58,743 nt of DNA from Octopus bimaculoides (GCF_001194135.2 NC_068987.1:59130318-59189060), one strand, 5' to 3'; positions 14,760 through 26,220 are shown, counted from the stretch's first letter. Numbers and translations: made by a program. The notes: generated from the letters alone by a model not told the origin.

Positions 14760-14805
14760 AACATAACGTTTCGGCTGATATACCCTCCAGCCTTCATCAG
14801 GTGTC
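14760..14805 (-). ncRNA. Minimal type I hammerhead-like motif in a SINE-like element (left arm)
   Basis: The - strand reads GACAC CUGAUGA A GGCUG-GAGGGUAUAU-CAGCC GAAACGUU AUGUU: core, 5-bp stem II, palindromic ACGU in place of stem III, and stem I with one mismatch next to the cleavage site. Confidence 0.6.
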
Positions 14806-14881
14806 TTGGGGAAATTTCGAACCTGGGTTCTCATTCCTGAGGTATTTTTTGATGTTGTTACTATTATTATTATTATTATGT

Positions 14882-15763
14882 TGTTTTTTTCTTTTTCTTT
14901 CTTCAAATTTTCCATTTCTCGCCGAATGTTTTTCGTACACATAGGGCAGAGAAGCTCATTGTAAGCATTCCCAGTTTACACACACAAATTCACAGGTAAA
15001 ATATGTATTAAAATAAAATAAATAAATTCATGAATGGATGTTGTATTCACATCGATAATGCTCTTCTCAGTACATGAGTCGTTCCAGTTAGCACGATTTT
15101 TTGCACTTCCTGTAGGGATGGTAAGCCTGGTATCATTTTCAAATAGGTTTCAGTGCCCTTTTTTTTTTTTTATCATTCCTAGAGATCCTACAAACACTGG
15201 TATGGTAGTCGCCTTGAGGTGCCACATTTTTTCAATTTCTATCAGCAAGTCTTTATATTTACTGATCTTGTCAAATACTTTCGTCGCTATATTATGATCG
15301 CAGGGAATACTCATGTCAATTAATAAACACATCTTCTTTGTTTGATCTTTTATAATAATATCCGGTTTATTAGCCTTTATAGTTTTGTCGGTATGTACGG
15401 GGAAGTCCAAGAGAATCGACACATTTTCTCCCTCAGTCACAGCTTCAGGATGATGTTTATACCATTTGTCAGCGGTTTTGATTTTATAATGCCGACATAT
15501 TGTCCAATGTAAATACTGGTCGACTCTGTCATGTCTTGTTTTATATTCTACAGGTGCTAAGACTCTACACCCTGAGATTAGGTGGTCTATAGTTTCAATC
15601 TCATTGTTACAGAATCGGCATTTTGGGTCAGCTCCATTTTTTATCACATTGGCTTGGTAGTTCCGGGTTAATAAGCTTTGGTCTTGAGCAGCTAATATGA
15701 AACCTTCACTCTCTGCTTTTAGCCCTGAGCTTCGTAACCATTGATACGTGTGTTTCTGGTTGA

Positions 15764-15764
<1 letters not shown>
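14882..15764 (-). mobile_element. 5'-truncated R4/Dong-clade non-LTR retrotransposon (CCHC zinc knuckle plus restriction-like endonuclease) inserted in (TAA)n
   Basis: The frame carries CRFC..ETIDHLISGC, RHD, and KPDIIIKD..LLIDMSIP (PD..D). A 1-nt slip in the 13-A run (15159-15171) hides the native C-terminus GTETYLKMIPGLPSLQEVQKIVLTGTTHVLRRALSM* (stop 15047-15049). (AAT)n lies on both flanks. Confidence 0.85.
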
Positions 15765-15836
<72 letters not shown>

Positions 15837-15840
<4 letters not shown>

Positions 15841-15911
15841 TCACTGCCTGGAATCGAACTCGGAATCTTGGGGTTAGTAGCCCGCGCTCTTAACCACAAC
15901 GCCATATGCCC
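15837..15911 (-). mobile_element. tRNA-derived SINE head followed by (AAT)n
   Basis: The - strand reads GGGCATATGGCGTTGTGGTTAAGAGCGCGGGCTACTAACCCCAAGATTCCGAGTTCGATTCCAGGC, with an A-box-like TGGCGTTGTGG, a B-box GAGTTCGATTCC and an anticodon-like arm. Confidence 0.75.
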
Positions 15912-15922
15912 GTGGGCATAAC

Positions 15923-15984
<62 letters not shown>

Positions 15985-16033
15985 GATCGAAAAATACCTT
16001 AGGAATGAGAACCCAGGTTCGAAATTTCCCCAA

Positions 16034-16079
16034 GACACCTGATGAAGGCTGGAGGGTATATCAGCCGAAAAGTTGTGTT
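16034..16079 (+). ncRNA. Minimal type I hammerhead-like motif in a SINE-like element (right arm)
   Basis: GACAC CTGATGA A GGCTG-GAGGGTATAT-CAGCC GAAAAGTT GTGTT. Stem I GACAC/GUGUU is intact; the stem III palindrome is mutated (C>A at 16071). Confidence 0.55.
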
Positions 16080-16249
16080 AACAACAAACAAGATGTTGAC
16101 AAATATCCGTCAATTGTAAATAATGTAAATAATGTGCATAATCTATCAACAACTACAACTGCAACAGCAGCAACAACAACAGCGGCAGCAACAACAGCAA
16201 CAGCAACAATAACGGCACCACAATAGCAGCAACAACAGCAATAGCAGGC

Positions 16250-16900
16250 ACCACATCGGCTCCACGCATCCAAGGAAACCCATTAGATGCGCCGGAACTT
16301 CTTTTAAGAAACGTCTTTCCAACCATAGATCCTCCTTCGGGGTCCCGGAAAGGAGATATGTAACGTCGCTGGCCAGCCATATCTGGCAACAGAAGGAAGA
16401 TGGAATTCCATACTCGATATCATGGAAAATCCCCCACCGTCCGGGTCCGCACATCAATGGAACGAATCGCTGCAAGCTATGCGTAGCCGAACGCATGGAA
16501 ATCGTGAAAAACTCGCACATACCAGGGACCATACTGAACTCCAGAAAAGAGATTTTCGATCCTTGCTTGCATTTCAGTAGATTTCTGTTAGTGTTTTGGG
16601 AACCGTATAACCGGATAAATAGCGGTATTAGCGATAATTACACTACAACTGGAAATTGATGGCTGATGGAAGTGGGAAATGACCCCCTACTTTTTACCCT
16701 CGTAGCCGACTGGTGGCGTAGCTGAGGGAGGACGACACAGCCGGAAGCCGATGACCAGTGGCAGAGGAAGATAATCCCCATTGTTTACGTCTGTATCGTT
16801 TCCCCCTCCATATTTTGAAGAGGCCATAGGCCAACAGGTCTTAAGATCTGAAGATATGCCATAAAGGTACCCTTTATGGTGAGAAACCCAGGGTAACCCT
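16250..16900 (+). mobile_element. Penelope-like element 3' fragment: GIY-YIG endonuclease C-terminal region plus 3' terminal region
   Basis: Stop-free frame 16294-16659: GTSFKKRLSNHRSSF..TSLASHIWQQKEDGIPYSISWKI..NRCKLCVAERMEI..LNSRKEIF..CLH. This resembles the recalled PLE endonuclease pattern FKxRxxNHxxSF / LSxYIW / WxI / CxLCxxE / LNxRxE. Confidence 0.72.
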
Positions 16901-16902
16901 AT
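16840..16902 (+). ncRNA. Hammerhead-like core downstream of the PLE endonuclease fragment
   Basis: CTGAAGA (16848-16854), long stem II GCCATAAAGG-TAC-CCTTTATGGT, then GAAA CCC A GGG TA with a near-palindromic stem III and a GUA triplet. Stem I pairing is poor. Confidence 0.45.
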
Positions 16903-18800
16903 CAACCGGCCTTCACCAGTAATAAATATAGGCTGCACTACTTCTTAAAGTGTGGTTCTTCTCTGGATTTATGTTTTTCTAACAAAACAAAAAGAAGAAA
17001 ATTATATATACATATATACNNNNNNNNNNNNNNNNNNNNNNNNNNNNNNNNNNNNNNNNNNNNNNNNNNNNNNNNNNNNNNNNNNNNNNNNNNNNNNNNN
17101 NNNNNNNNATATGTATTATGTATGTATGTATATTACACATTGTGTACAGGACATCACCAACGAGTGAAAAATACGTAAACACACGTGAGAAAAGTACAGG
17201 ACAAAATACCAAAAGAAGATAACTCCTCATCAGTTGTCGGATTGTTTATAACTCCCTATTTCGTGCCTTTAACGACAAGATAGGAAAACTTTATAAGACA
17301 GAAGCATCCAGAAATGTTTAAAATATAAATTCATGGAGAGTTAGAACTTCGAACGAACAAACAACGACTGAGTGGACGTACAGAGTAAACAATCGACGAA
17401 GGCAAACATTAAGGGCCGTGGCGGCTAGCTGGCAGAATCGTGAGCACGCCATGTGCAGTCCATTCTACGGGTTTCCTTGCAGTTTCCGTTTATCTACTAT
17501 TTGATCTGAAGATGACTAATCTTTAGTGTTGATTAGATTGCTCTGTGCTAATCGTTCCAATTCTCTACTCTCCGACTTCTTTTTCATTTTGAGGCTGATA
17601 AAATACCAGTTTTGAACTGAGATCAACCTTCTCATTCTTTCACTCGTTCTTTCTGTCTGATTGTTTTTTGGAAGAGATCAACTGTAGTCGGACCCGTGAA
17701 GGGATGGGTTTCGCCTGGTTTTAAATTGTTCGAGAGACGTTGATGTGACGACGTTGTTTGTAAGACTTAATCAAAACAAATTAAAGCCATATGATTTTGT
17801 AAATCAAATCAGGTAGACAAAAACATAATGAAAGACTGTTGTTCAAGATGCTACATTGCAGGAACAAACATCAACATAGGCACCCACAACGGTTAGCAAA
17901 AACGACCAAGTCAAATACGTTTGGGAGTGACGGATAAGCGTAGGACTCAATAAGTATTCACTTTTGACTTAAATTTCAGAATATTATGTTATCAACTTTT
18001 GAAGACTACAAGAAATTTATCGAATACAATTCAACTACAATATTCAACAAGGCAAGCAACTACATAAAAGTTTGTTCACAAACTCGTAATTAGAAAGTTA
18101 AGCAGTTAGTTGGGCATACATAAATGACTGAGCAAAAATTGAGATGAACATTCACCAAATTTAAAATACAAATTCATTCAGTTAATTCAAATTCTGCCTA
18201 AATGCTCTAGGATGTCTGTTATCATACATAAAAGTGGATTCATAAAAGCACTCGCAGATCTTTGACTTTTAGCTACTCCCAGAAATTGGCATATTTACTT
18301 GCACATGAGAAATGTCAAGGTTACTTTAATTGAGTAGTGAGTTGACAAGAAGAAAAAAAAAATGAAAAATTCATAGANNNNNNNNNNNNNNNNNNNNNNN
18401 NNNNNNNNNNNNNNNNNNNNNNNNNNNNNNNNNNNNNNNNNNNNNNNNNNNNNNNNNNNNNNNNNNNNNNNNNNNNNNNNNNNNNNNNNNNNNNNNNNNN
18501 NNNNNNNNNNNNNNNNNNNNNNNNNNNNNNNNNNNNNNNNNNNNNNNNNNNNNNNNNNNNNNNNNNNNNNNNNNNNNNNNNNNNNNNNNNNNNNNNNNNN
18601 NNNNNNNNNNNNNNNNNNNNNNNNNNNNNNNNNNNNNNNNNNNNNNNNNNNNNNNNNNNNNNNNNNNNNNNNNNNNNNNNNNNNNNNNNNNNNNNNNNNN
18701 NNNNNNNNNNNNNNNNNNNNNNNNNNNNNNNNNNNNNNNNNNNNNNNNNNNNNNNNNNNNNNNNNNNNNNNNNNNNNNNNNNNNNNNNNNNNNNNNNNNN

Positions 18801-18842
<42 letters not shown>

Positions 18843-20799
18843 TTCGGTACTTGGATCATATTCGTTTTCAATTTTGTAGCTTGGAACAACGTGAAATATA
18901 ATGCTTGTTCAGAGACACATCGCGCCTCCCGGTTTAGGAATCGAACTACAATCTTAAGATGATGAAGATAACACTCCTAATCACTAGGCCATACGCCTTC
19001 AGTAGTCCCATAGAACTAAGCTTAATTCCTGTTTGTGTGGCGTCAAACAGTCGAGAGATAAATCCCAACAGAGATACAACGACAGTCTGCAGCTAATCAA
19101 CGAAACAACAGATTTATTGCTGCTTGAAACAACAGTGTCCAGTTATACATATTTGCTACAAGGTGGTGGACTGTGGAGAGTTGTATTTGGAGTGCAGACA
19201 CAATACTCTTCCTTTATAATAGAATACGAATCACCGACCGCTGCATGTCCCAGCTGATTGTCTAATATATCCAACTGAATAACTCCTCTGCGGTTCCAAT
19301 TTAGGAAACGCTACACCACGACCTTAAATGACACAGCTAATGTTACGACACTGATCAAATGCTAGAAATAAACCCAATCAAGTGAATATATTGATTTAAA
19401 ATTTTGGCACAAGGCCAACAATTTCAGTCGAGGGAGCTAACGTCATTTACATTGACTCCATTGCTCAACTGGTACTTATTTCATCGATCCCAAAAGATGA
19501 GAGGCAAAGTAGACCTCGGTGGAATTTGAACTCAGAATGTATAAAGATGGACGAAATGCCGCTTAGCGTTTAGCCCGGCGCGGTTACAATTCTGCTTGCT
19601 CGCTGCCCTAATCAATTGAATATATATATTAATATCTGTATATCTACAGTTCTAAATTGTTGATTGGTCATATGACAGGTTATTTCAAAGCTTATTGGAA
19701 GCAACTAATTCAGAAGACGAGAGACGGATGAAACCCATAAATGGGTAGTTTTGTTCAGAAAATCGCGTTCCAGATATGATTGAATTTGTTGTTTCTGTCA
19801 GGGACAGTTGGAAGAGAAATAAGCGCATCATGTTTGTTCGAAAGAATTTTGGGTTTGCTTGACAAAATAAATGAATAAATAAGTAAATAAAAAGAACTGG
19901 GGGAAATGTGCGTATTTTATTTTAATTAATTTTTACTGTTCGTGTGAAGACGTGTGGCTTAGTGATCAGGGTATTCGACTCACGATCGTGAGTTCAATTC
20001 TCGGCGACGCGTTGTGTCCATTAGCAAAACACTTTATTTCACGCTGCTCGAGTCCACTCAACTGGTAAAAATGAGTAGTACCTGTATTTCTCTGTCACGC
20101 TGAATCTCCCTGAAAACTACGAGTTCAACTACTTGAGCGTTAATTTCACGAGCAGGCTGTCCCGTTGATTGGATCAAGTGGAACCATCGTCGTCGTAACC
20201 GATGGAGTGCCAGTTCTGTTCTTGTCCATTTACTTTTTTTTTTAATTGTATTCTTTAGGAATAAATCGAAAAACAAAATAAAATCAGGAATAGTACAGCT
20301 GCAGTAACAATAGGGTTTGGTAAGAATTCTGTTCCTTTTACATTTTAATTTTATTGAAAAATAAATAATATAAATAAATAAATAAATAAATGTGGCTATG
20401 TAGCATGTTTCCTGGTTCAGTCCCAGACCTTGGGCAAATGTCTTCTACTATAACGCAGAGCTAACCAAAGTCTTGTGTGTGGATTTAGTAGACGGAAACT
20501 GAAAGAAACCGGTCGTATATATATGTATACCTGCGTGTCTGTGTTCTCTCCCATCACCGTTTGACAGCCGGTGTTGTTTTGTTTACAGCCCCGTAATTTA
20601 GTGGTTCGGTAGAAGGAAAGAGAGAGACCTATAAGTACTGAAGTCGATTCGTTCGGCTAAAACACTTCAAGGCGATGCGACAGCATGGTTACCGTCCAAT
20701 TACTGAAACAAGTAAAAGATAAAATGTATGTAAGTAAAATAATCCCTTAATTTCCCGTTTCCTTTCCATGACATTTTCATTGACCATATTTATTTTTTT

Positions 20800-20955
20800 A
20801 ATTCCAGGAGTTGAAGTTGAGTTATTCCCCTTGTTTCAAAATGGTGGTGACGTGGAAAAATACTTTGTCAACAAGCTGAGACTGTCCACTCGCCGGTGTT
20901 GTCTTTATTAACGACCTCAGACACATGCCTTCTCAGGCTATAATTCAAAATACCG
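20800..20955 (+). promoter_or_regulatory. ERGIC2: Candidate ERGIC2 promoter / non-coding first exon (5' boundary uncertain)
   Basis: Non-repetitive, CpG-retaining segment ending in a strong donor CCG|GTGAGT (20956), with a TGACGTGG motif at 20848-20855. The ATG exon has an upstream acceptor (26072) that requires a 5' exon, and CpG depletion begins shortly downstream. Confidence 0.55.
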
Positions 20956-22884
20956 GTGAGTTATAATGATGATACTGTTATTATGATGATAGAGCATTCT
21001 CGTTATTAAAATAAAACCTGGCAGTCCCAATCACTTAGTAAATTAGAACTGTAGTTCGATGTTTTAAAACCACCACCACATGAAAAACAAAATAACCGTC
21101 TATATAAAACAAAAATATATAAACATTATTGATGTTAGATATAAATTACATTGAATATAGATATAAGAATAAAATTTTTTGTGTATGTATATGTGGCTAG
21201 TTAAATAAGTTAGTTTTTGATGTGTACGCACTGAGCTGAATAGTCTAGAAAACGAAGTTTGTGGACCCAGAGTTTGAAAGTGTACACACAAAAAAAATTT
21301 GGGGAACACGTAAATGTAAGGAAAGACAGAAATGAAGAAATAAAATGCAGAATATATCAGGCCTTTTCATAACCGCAAAAACCAGTGTTTAAACGACCAC
21401 TGAGTCAGGTGTTTATTACACGTATAGCTAGTTGGTGTCGTGTACAAACTATGTCCAACTTGTGTCGTAATTTTGTAAAAATTGCTAATTGTAATTATTT
21501 CGGTCGTTAATTATAAATGTTGAAGATGTATGATAAATTTCTATAGTAACTAGGTGTTATTCATTTGTTTACCACTGATATGCCCCTCCCCATCACCACC
21601 ACCCATTTTTGTTAACAGGAAAAGCTGATCCAAAGGAATTTTCATGTTAATTTAATAATTCTATACATTATTTATATTTGCGCAAGTTACAAACACACAA
21701 ATACACATCTATGTATGTGCTGTGTGTGTATATTATGCTTTACTAAACTAGGAGATTTAACTAAATCTTAAAATGTAGCTTTAAAGATTTTGATTCTTTA
21801 TGTTATCGCAAAATAATAACTTTCTAGCATGGGTAGAAGCGCTAAAATCTGGAGTCAAAGGAACAGCCCTCTAGATCGATCTCAGTACTTGATTGGTGCG
21901 TTATTTTATCGATTAGGATGGGATGTACAGCTATGTGAACTAGAAATCACGAAAATGGATATTTAAGGACGACACTATTAAAAAGTTACGATATCAATTT
22001 AAAACACATAGAGACAATTTTATTCAGCTTAGTTTTATTTTGGGGTCGTGTATTTACTGTAAACTATCACCAATTATTGTGTACCTTTAATGCATGTTAG
22101 GACATTAAACTAACGGACATAGGCGATACGCTTGACACACAATGATCATTTAAGCATCAGTTTTAGCAGTTTTCAATAAGGTTTTATTTGTTCCATTTTT
22201 GACCCCACCGTGATACTAAAGTCATAGTCTCAGGACAGGATGTTAAATCACTTGCCAAATAACTACACTGCAGGAATTTACAGAGATTGTAAGTTTCTCA
22301 AATTAAAATTTAAGCTGCCAAATTTAAGAAAAAAAAATCCCTTCCTTCTTTATTATGATAACTGTTTTGATATATCTTGAGATTGTGAGTTCCTAAATTC
22401 TTCATTTCATTATTTCATCTATTGGGAAGTTAGCAAGCTGGTAGAAACATTAGCAAGTCAGACAAAATGTTTAATAGGATTTCTTCTGGCTTTTTACATT
22501 CTAGGTTCAAATCTTTTTGAGGGTCAATGAAATAAGTACCAGTAGAACACTAGGGTCAATGTAGTCAACTTACCCCATCCCTTAAAACTGTTGACATTAT
22601 ACCATAATTTGAAACCACTATTTCATCTGGTAAGTCTGTAGTGAAAATGTCAGATTTGGTAAAACAACAAACAAAACACCATGTTGTGTTTAGTTATAGC
22701 CCAATGATATTGATTTTGCCTTTTATCCTTTCTAGGATAAATAACCAGTCCAAGAACTGTTTCAACTGAATTAACAATACTGTCCCACAAAAATGAGTGG
22801 TTTTGAGCTTCTAATGTTAAAAGCCTATCTCTTGCTGAAACACTTGGTTTCTTAGTTAAAACAATAAAATGAAAAAACTTTCAT

Positions 22885-23131
22885 CTCTTTACTCTTTTAC
22901 TTGTTTCAGTCATTTGACTGTGGCCATGCTGGAGCACCGCCTTTAGTTGAACAAATCGACGCCAGAACTTATTCTTTGTAAGCCTAGTACTTATTCTATC
23001 GGTCCCTTTTGCCGAACCGCTAAGTTACGGGGACGTAAACACACCAGCATCGGTTGTCAAGCGATGGTGGGGGGACAAACACAGACACACAAACACACAT
23101 ACATATATATATATATATATANNNNNNNNNN

Positions 23132-23172
<41 letters not shown>

Positions 23173-23343
23173 CATATATGCGACGGGCTTCTTTCAGTTT
23201 CCGTCTACCAAATCCACTCACAAGGCTTTGGTCAGCCCAAGGCTACAGTAGAAGACACTTGCCCAAGGTGCCACGCAGTGGGACTGAACCCAGAACCATG
23301 TCGTTGGTAAGCAAGCTACTTACCACACAGCCACTCCTGCGCC
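22885..23343 (-). mobile_element. tRNA-headed SINE with an internal microsatellite (other copies about 5935-6200 -, 14017-14400 +, 20390-20725 +, 24183-24485 -)
   Basis: The - strand head is GGCGCAGGAGTGGCTGTGTGGTAAG..GGTTCAGTCCC, followed by an internal (TA)n/(CA)n tract and a 3' end CAGCATGGCCACAGTCAAATGACTGAAACAAGTAAAAGAGTAAAAG. Confidence 0.85.
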
Positions 23344-26105
23344 TTTTTTTTTAAAGTATATAGCAGTTTTATTTACAGATATTGACTAACTAACTGTAAA
23401 TACAACTTGATGGACAGTTGGATGAATTGATATTTTGTTAGGTGAAGCGGTGAATATGTAACTAAATATATTGAATAATTGATTCTCAGCGAGCTAAAGG
23501 AAGAGGTTGATAGCTAGCTAGATAAATAATACAAAAATAATGCATGAGGTAGAATAAATTATTTTACTGTGGGGATATATTTCTCTTCTGCACTTTGTAA
23601 ACTTTTTATACTTCAGTTTACCAACACAGATTATAGCTTCATCTTCTTTCAAAATTCACTGAAGGATTAATGCTGATGTGGATAACCAAGTCAACCCCCT
23701 GAAAGACTGTTCTATTGATATTGTTGCTCGCACACATATGTAACTATACTTACCGTTTACAATATGGACTTAGGTTTTCAGTAATTCAGTATTTCATCTT
23801 TTATCATAAAATGTGAGGAGTTCAGGTAAATACTATGACAAACACTTTCTCATGTCGATGCCAGTTGTTAATCCAGTTGTTATTTAGCTCCTAACTGAGT
23901 AGATGTTTAGTTAAAGCCATTCCAGAAATGGCTGTCACATAATTTTTCAGATACTGTACCCCACTGCAGGCCATGTTACCCAATATGCTCTTATTTTAAG
24001 ATGGTAAAATGTAATTTGATGGATATTAGGTTGCTATTTCAAGCAAGTTCAATGATCACATTGAGAGTTCCTTGATGGAGTGATTAACTTTGTTGATCTC
24101 AGAGGAGAGACTGGGAAACACAAAATCTGGCATCAGATTTTGTTGGGGAAAATGCTCATCATTTTTTATTATCCTTTTTTTTCTTTTATCTTTTACTTGT
24201 TTCAGTCATTAGACTGTGGCCATGCTGGAGCACCACCTTGAATTTTTAACCAAAGGAATCAGTACCAGTACATTTTTTTAAAGCCTGGTACTTATTCTGT
24301 TGTCCTCTTTTGCTGAGCTGCTAAGTTATGGATCATACACACAAACTAAGACACACATACACACACATCTATATATATCTATCTATCTATCTATCTGTCC
24401 GTCTGTCTACATATACACATACAGATCCACTCACTAGGCTTTGTTTGGCCCAAGGTTATAGTTGAAGACATTTGCTCAAGGTGCCAATTAAAAGTCTAAA
24501 TATTCTCAGCTATTTTCTTGCATAGAATTCTCATAGGAGCCAGGGAAGAAGTTGATGTATTTGTTTAGCCTGCTCAATCTCCTTGCACGTAATTTCTTCT
24601 GCATTTCAAATGGAAGTTCATGTGTTTCAACCATAAATCTTATGACAGCATATCTTAGAATATAAAATAGGATGACCATGTTGTTCCTGTAAAAAAAAAA
24701 TATATTTAATTTTAAAATTTAAATTTCACGGAAACTTGTTACATAAATTACTTATAAAGTGAAAAAGGAAACAGCACAGCACCCATGAATCTTAGGAACA
24801 ATTTTTCAAAACAGAATAAACAACCTGCATCAGTTGTCAGTACACTGCATCATTCATGAAAAATTCTTCGCTTCCTGAAATTCAACACCACTACTCCTGA
24901 TGTATCTATGCATTCTTTTTCTCTTTATGGCTCTTTTACTATAATTTTTTTGTCTTTTTTTCTGTATACTGTGTATGTAGTTTTGGCTGTCATTGCTGTC
25001 TTTCTTTGCTTGACCTATTATTGCTACCAGTCCCTTTTTACCCTCTTCTGACAATTTGTAGTTCACCCGTGCATTGTATCCAATAAGCTTATAATTATTA
25101 TTATTACTATTATTATTATTAAAGCAGCAAGCTGGCAGAATCATTAGCACTCTAGAGAGAATGCTTAGCGGTATTTCGCCCATCGTTACATTCTGAGTTC
25201 AAATTCTGCCGAAGTTGACTTTGCCTTTCATCCTTTTGGGGGTCGATAAATTAAGTATCACTGAAACACTGGGGTCGATGTAATCGACTAGTCCCCTCCC
25301 GACAAATTTAGTAGAAAGGATTATTATTATTATTAATCATTAGCAAATTGGACAAAATACTCAGCAGCTTTTTACCTGCTATTTATGTTCTGAGTTCAAA
25401 TCCTGTTGAAGTCAGCTTTGCTTTTATCCTTTGAGGGTTGATAAAATAAAGTGCCAGATGTGCACTGGGGTTGATGTAATCTACTTAACCCCAACACCAA
25501 AATTTGAGGCTTTGTTCTTGACAGAATCATTAGCATGACAGGCAAAATGCTAAGTGGCATTTTGTTCATCTTAATGTTCTATGTTCAAATTCCACCGAGG
25601 TCAATTTTGCCTTTCATCCTTTCGAGGTTGATAAAATGAGTACCAGTTGAGCATTGAGGTTAATGTAATCAACTTATTCCTGCCCACAGAATTGCTGGCC
25701 TTGTGCCAAAATTTGAAATCATTATTATTATTATTTTAGCAATTATTGTTATCTTTAAGTACTGGGGTTGGTTTGTTTGCCTAAAAATTTTCATGGTGAC
25801 TGAGACAAGTAAAAGATAAAGGAAAATCTATATGTACCATATTTTAACATGTATAAGAAGTCCCCTAACTTTTGGGGCTTAAAATTCGGAAAAAAGGTTT
25901 TGTAAGGCACTATAATACTATCCATGTATGAGAAACTCCCATATTTTCTTAACCTAATTTTTGACAGAAAAGGGTTCCTTATACACGTTAAAATATGGGA
26001 TATAGTATTTGATTTTAATTATGTCATTCAATATAAATATTAATTTCTGGTTTTGTTTCTGTTCCTTTCAAGATTTTTTGTGATATATTTTAACTACAAA
26101 CAAAA

Positions 26106-26220
26106 ATGCGACGCTTGAACATTGTTAATAGGAAGCAAACTTTAAAAGTTGTTAAAGAACTTGATGCTTTCCCCAAAGTTCCTGAGAATTACAAGGAAAC
26201 CAGTGCCACTGGTGGTGGAG
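26106..26220 (+). CDS. ERGIC2: ERGIC2 coding exon 1 (MRRLNIVNRKQTLKVVKELDAFPKVPENYKETSATGGG), 115 nt, ends phase 1
   Basis: Translation matches the recalled ERGIC2/Erv41-family N-terminus (human MRRLNRKKTLSLVKELDAFPKVPESYVETSASGG). Donor GTATGT at 26221. An upstream acceptor TTCCTTTCAAG ends at 26072, so the exon probably starts at 26073 with 33 nt of 5' UTR. Confidence 0.96.

Noticed and set aside
15150-15905. 251-aa poly-Asn ORF as a host gene
   Set aside because: It is a chimera of a SINE head, (AAT)n and an R4/Dong fragment.
16815-16840. TTGAAGA-GGCC-ATA-GGCC-AAC-AG-GTC as another hammerhead
   Set aside because: C3 and the GAAA core are missing and there is no stem I; at most a dead relic.
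17200-17290. GAAA...CTGATGA on the - strand (related repeat on + at 38870-38915) as a type II hammerhead
   Set aside because: I could not form credible stems I and III; treated as an ordinary dispersed repeat.
25086-25330. Idea that the (ATT)n-flanked SINE is mobilised by the TAA-targeting R4/Dong element
   Set aside because: Strand polarity is opposite: the SINE sense strand is flanked by (ATT)n and the Dong sense strand by (AAT)n, and they share no 3' end.
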